The notes beneath the pieces were generated by a model. It was not told where the DNA came from and ran no database searches. It saw only the letters and a program-made list of their open reading frames with translations. A stretch of 63,047 nucleotides of DNA, the filler included, from Gonapodya sp. JEL0774 (Eukaryota): NCBI GenBank assembly GCA_027604505.1. It is 32 parts of 32 records of this genome, joined end to end, with 100 filler letters (N's around TTAATTAATTAA, not from the genome) between each part and the next. Parts side by side here need not be neighbours in the genome. Positions count along the whole stretch, not along the records: positions 59,219 to 61,083 come from JADIIX010002525.1; positions 61,184 to 63,047 come from JADIIX010002526.1; 30 more parts are not named here. One strand, written 5' to 3'. Below, piece by piece: positions 59,632 through 63,047 of this stretch. Each line of letters opens with the position of its first letter. The stretch's first letter is position 1. A program made the position numbers and the translations under genes.

Positions 59632-62600
59632 CTGGGGTGAGCAACAGGTGAGTTGGAAGATAGTAGTTGGAACTCGTACTCGACATTTGATTAAATTCGG
59701 TCAACTTTGTTCACTTTCACTTGGCGGCAGAGAAAACGAAATCTATCTCGATGAGAATAAAATTAAAGATATTTATTTAGTGTGCAACAGATGCCTGGGG
59801 GATCATCGCGTACCATGCCACACAGTATGAGGCCACTACGCCGCCGGCGAAACATATTGTTCAAACGAGTTCATTGAGCGGGAAAATGACCATATCGTGC
59901 ACATTATTGTACATGGAAATTAGTAATTGGAGTTAGCCATTCGTGTCGCACGAATCCGTGTCGGACACACTAGCTAGCGTTGATAGTAGTCTACTATGTG
60001 GATTCATGCATATCATAAATAGTGCAAACACCGTATCAACGAGAGAATCTACTATTCGGGCCTCTGCAGCACTTGCACAGGTTGCGGCGTGGCTGCGTGG
60101 TTGTTGGATGCCGAAACCGGGGCATCTCCGATATATATATCCATCTTGGCTCCAGGTACCATTCGACACCACCCACGCCGTCTCTCACCTCCATCTTCAC
60201 ACCTCAGTCACACAGCCACGAATCAATTTCACAATGTCTAGCCCACCGTCCCGGTCCCCGTTCCAATTTTCCCCACCCCTGCGCCACGAACACGTCAGTA
60301 CTTGGTCTGCACGACTCCCTGTCCGCCTCCTAACGATCCGTTTGCGTACCGCGCGTGGCTATGAGCTCGCCGGTGCAGCTTCTTGGGTTTGGTGGTGCCT
60401 GAGTTTACGAGATGAGGGAATGGAGGGGGGGGAGGGTGGGTTGACGGGGGAGGGAGGTGGACGGTTGGGTGGGTGGGCGGGGGAGGGTCAGAGCTGGGTG
60501 TATGGAGTGAAGGTGGGGGAAGGGAAGTAGAGCGATCGGGATCGAACGGGGGTGTTACGCGGGAGTCCAAATCCACATGAGGAGGGGTTGGTGTGGTGCC
60601 CTGGTGACCACAATCGTCCACGTCGTCTGGTCGACCCACACCAGCCTGTTCCCACCGACAGGACGGATCATCGGGATGGTGTTTGTCTTGGTCCGTCTCC
60701 TCCGAGGAACGAACATCACGCCCTCGTGATCTCGCTCGGTCCGATCGATCGCTTTGGTTCCGGATTTCGTCCTCTGGTCGACTGAGATCCACTTCCTCAT
60801 CATCCGGCGGTCTCCGCGCATGAAGTATCTCAGCTGTTTGTCTCTCACCCTCTGATGTCACTCCCACTGCAGCTGTGCAGTCGCCAGCTCCGCGAACGGC
60901 CGTATCATGGTCCTTTACACTCGTCCCACCCGTCCCACCCGTCCTTGCCCGCTCCCTCTCATTATCCTTCGTCTCCCTCCCCCTCTTCCGCCCGGCCATC
61001 ATCCCCACCGCCGTCCCGTCCCATCTTCCCGCCTCCCGTTCCACGGCGGCCATGTGTGACCAACTGCGGTGGAGCTGGTCCAGNNNNNNNNNNNNNNNNN
61101 NNNNNNNNNNNNNNNNNNNNNNNNNNNTTAATTAATTAANNNNNNNNNNNNNNNNNNNNNNNNNNNNNNNNNNNNNNNNNNNNAGCTCGTGGAGGGATTG
61201 GGTTCTTACACTTGAAGCCTGAGCAGTCCTTGCGAACACTGCATGTTCAAGGAAGCTGAGGGCATAGAAACCACAGAAGTGTCTGACAGTGTATGGTGTC
61301 GCGCAAATTGAATAAAGTCGCCACAATAATATTGAGATTGAGTCTGCAAGGAGACATAACGAACCCAAGGGAGGTCCACGATCGTTGGTTGCCCTCTACC
61401 AAAAACGACACCTCCCTGCTCCATCATTTCCTGGACTGGATTTGAAACCCGAGGTCCTAGGAAGCGTTCTCTCACCATGATAGAGCTACATTCCAAAATT
61501 CGGTGTGTTCCTCGGGGTGAAACAGGTGATTGGGAGGGGTTCGCCTCGCGCAATCAAACGGGGGAAACCACGGCTGCACGGAGAAACCTATCACCAAAAG
61601 AAGTCACTTTCCCGTCTTCATCTCTTGTTCAGTTTCGTTGAGTAACACGAGCGATGGCAAAGGATGGACTGAACGAGAGTTGCCCCATTCACAAGTGTCC
61701 TCCCGGTTGGCAACAAATGAAAACAGGCAATAAACACGATAAGAATGAAAGAATTAAGAGTGATAACACTAGGATGTTGTTCGAAAGGCATCGTAAGTGA
61801 ACTTTGGAAAATCAAAGGGGGAACAGCGACACTGGGACGTAAGAGCACACCCCAGCGTCACCCGATACGCTTCCGAGTGGCTTTTCGATTAGTTAACAGG
61901 TGATGCCAGATTCTGGCCATCATCCTGTTCGATTTCATTGGGAAATCCTCAATTCGCGCGAAGAGACAAGTTCTCGGCAGTTTTCATTGTCGCTTGAGCA
62001 GGAGTGCCACCTCACAAGGATTTGCGTTTCTGTCATACTAGAACTTTACCCGTCATGACCCATTGCCCTCAAACTCCTCTGCTCCATAAACAATACGTGT
62101 CTGCGTTTCTCAATGAGTGCCTTCAGTCTCTGCAACAGGCCGAGGTCCTTGAATGCATCATTCAAAAGTCTCGGTTCAGAGTGGTGGCGACATAAAATAG
62201 TTCAACTGCCCGGAAGCGAATCGAGAAAATTCGGCATAAGAATCTCAAGGCTGGTGCCCGTGCACCACGAGATTATTGCCGTCTTTTCACGACCCGCAAC
62301 ACAAGGCTGGCTCGCGAGCAAGCTAGTCACTCTACAAGGGTACTCAAACTATAGAAGCGTATGCATTAGACAGCATTCGACGTGGTGCTGTGAGGGGACG
62401 TTGTAATACTCGATACATGACACCACAACACCAGCACTCGGATAGCGCGATACACAGTGAGATTTTGCACCTTCTTCTCTGCTCGCTTCAAATCAAACGC
62501 GAGTCAGCAAAGTTGGGCACGAATCCTGAGTACACAAGTTTACTGGCACTAACTCCGCCACAGTCCAATCCCCAACGAGTAGTCAATCCTAGACCCACGC

Positions 62601-63047
62601 CGGAGGCTTTCGCGTGTCTCTGAAATGGCAGGCAACGGAGGTTCGTTCCACGTTCCATGTTCTTGCGATTGATTTGAGCGTTTGCGCCGTGCTGCGGGCG
62701 GGAATCCTGTTATGTGGTGTTGGGTGCGGGGTTGAACTCTCTTTGAGTGGTCTGGCCAGCACACCCCTTCCGCTGGCGCACTTGCTCTTTCCCGCTGCTG
62801 GCATCATTTCCAGTCGAGACGCCGTCGATGTCCGATTTGATCCGACTTATCACCAATCCTTCCTTGCTCACCTAATCGACTCTCTTTTTTTTACCCCTGC
62901 AACATGTTGTCCACTTTTGAACCTCCTGCGAACCCGCGACGCCCGCAACCATTTGGGACGCCGATGACCATCAAACTTTGCGATCTGCAACGCCCTCTAT
63001 GCCCCGGTAGACCATATGGACCTGGACGCGAGTTCAGCGACTCCGCT

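Noticed and set aside
63010..63022. GACCATATGGACC shared (reverse complement) with 29953-29965
   Set aside because: A single 13-mer match is expected by chance in 63 kb, and no extended alignment was seen.
59933..63047. ORFs in the right half of contig 31 and all of contig 32
   Set aside because: No family motifs and no convincing spliced model; left uncalled.

Overview
This window is not contiguous genome. It is 32 unrelated short contigs, sorted by decreasing length (1883 down to 1864 bp) and joined by an artificial 100-nt spacer (N44-TTAATTAATTAA-N44, stops in all six frames). Neighbourhood across a spacer is meaningless, so no multi-gene system can be inferred. The DNA is from an intron-rich fungus: GT-AG introns of mostly 60-110 nt, a class IV chitin synthase and a CBM18 domain; an early-diverging zoosporic lineage is my inference. 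Recognisable genes, mostly truncated: ATG15, ORC2, an MDR/enoyl-reductase, PRP19, a complete U1A/U2B''-family gene, a LAMMER kinase, GH114, an Angel-like EEP nuclease, an amidase, a TPR/His-rich protein, GLC3, a GATA-like Zn finger, ENP2/NOL10, a multi-KH protein, a USP8-like N-terminus, GFA1, a Reeler protein, chitin synthase, POB3, a carboxylesterase-CBM18 fusion, a GPCR-like N-terminus, SDH7 and a GFA/CENP-V protein. Best within-contig leads: (1) the carboxylesterase-CBM18 fusion; (2) a candidate poison exon in the U1A/U2B'' first intron; (3) a 3-nt microexon in GH114; (4) a GPCR-like gene missed by the ORF track; (5) introns with G-rich 5' and C-rich 3' halves; (6) pseudogenes with C-to-T-type stops. 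All calls come from manual translation and motif recognition; no searches were run.
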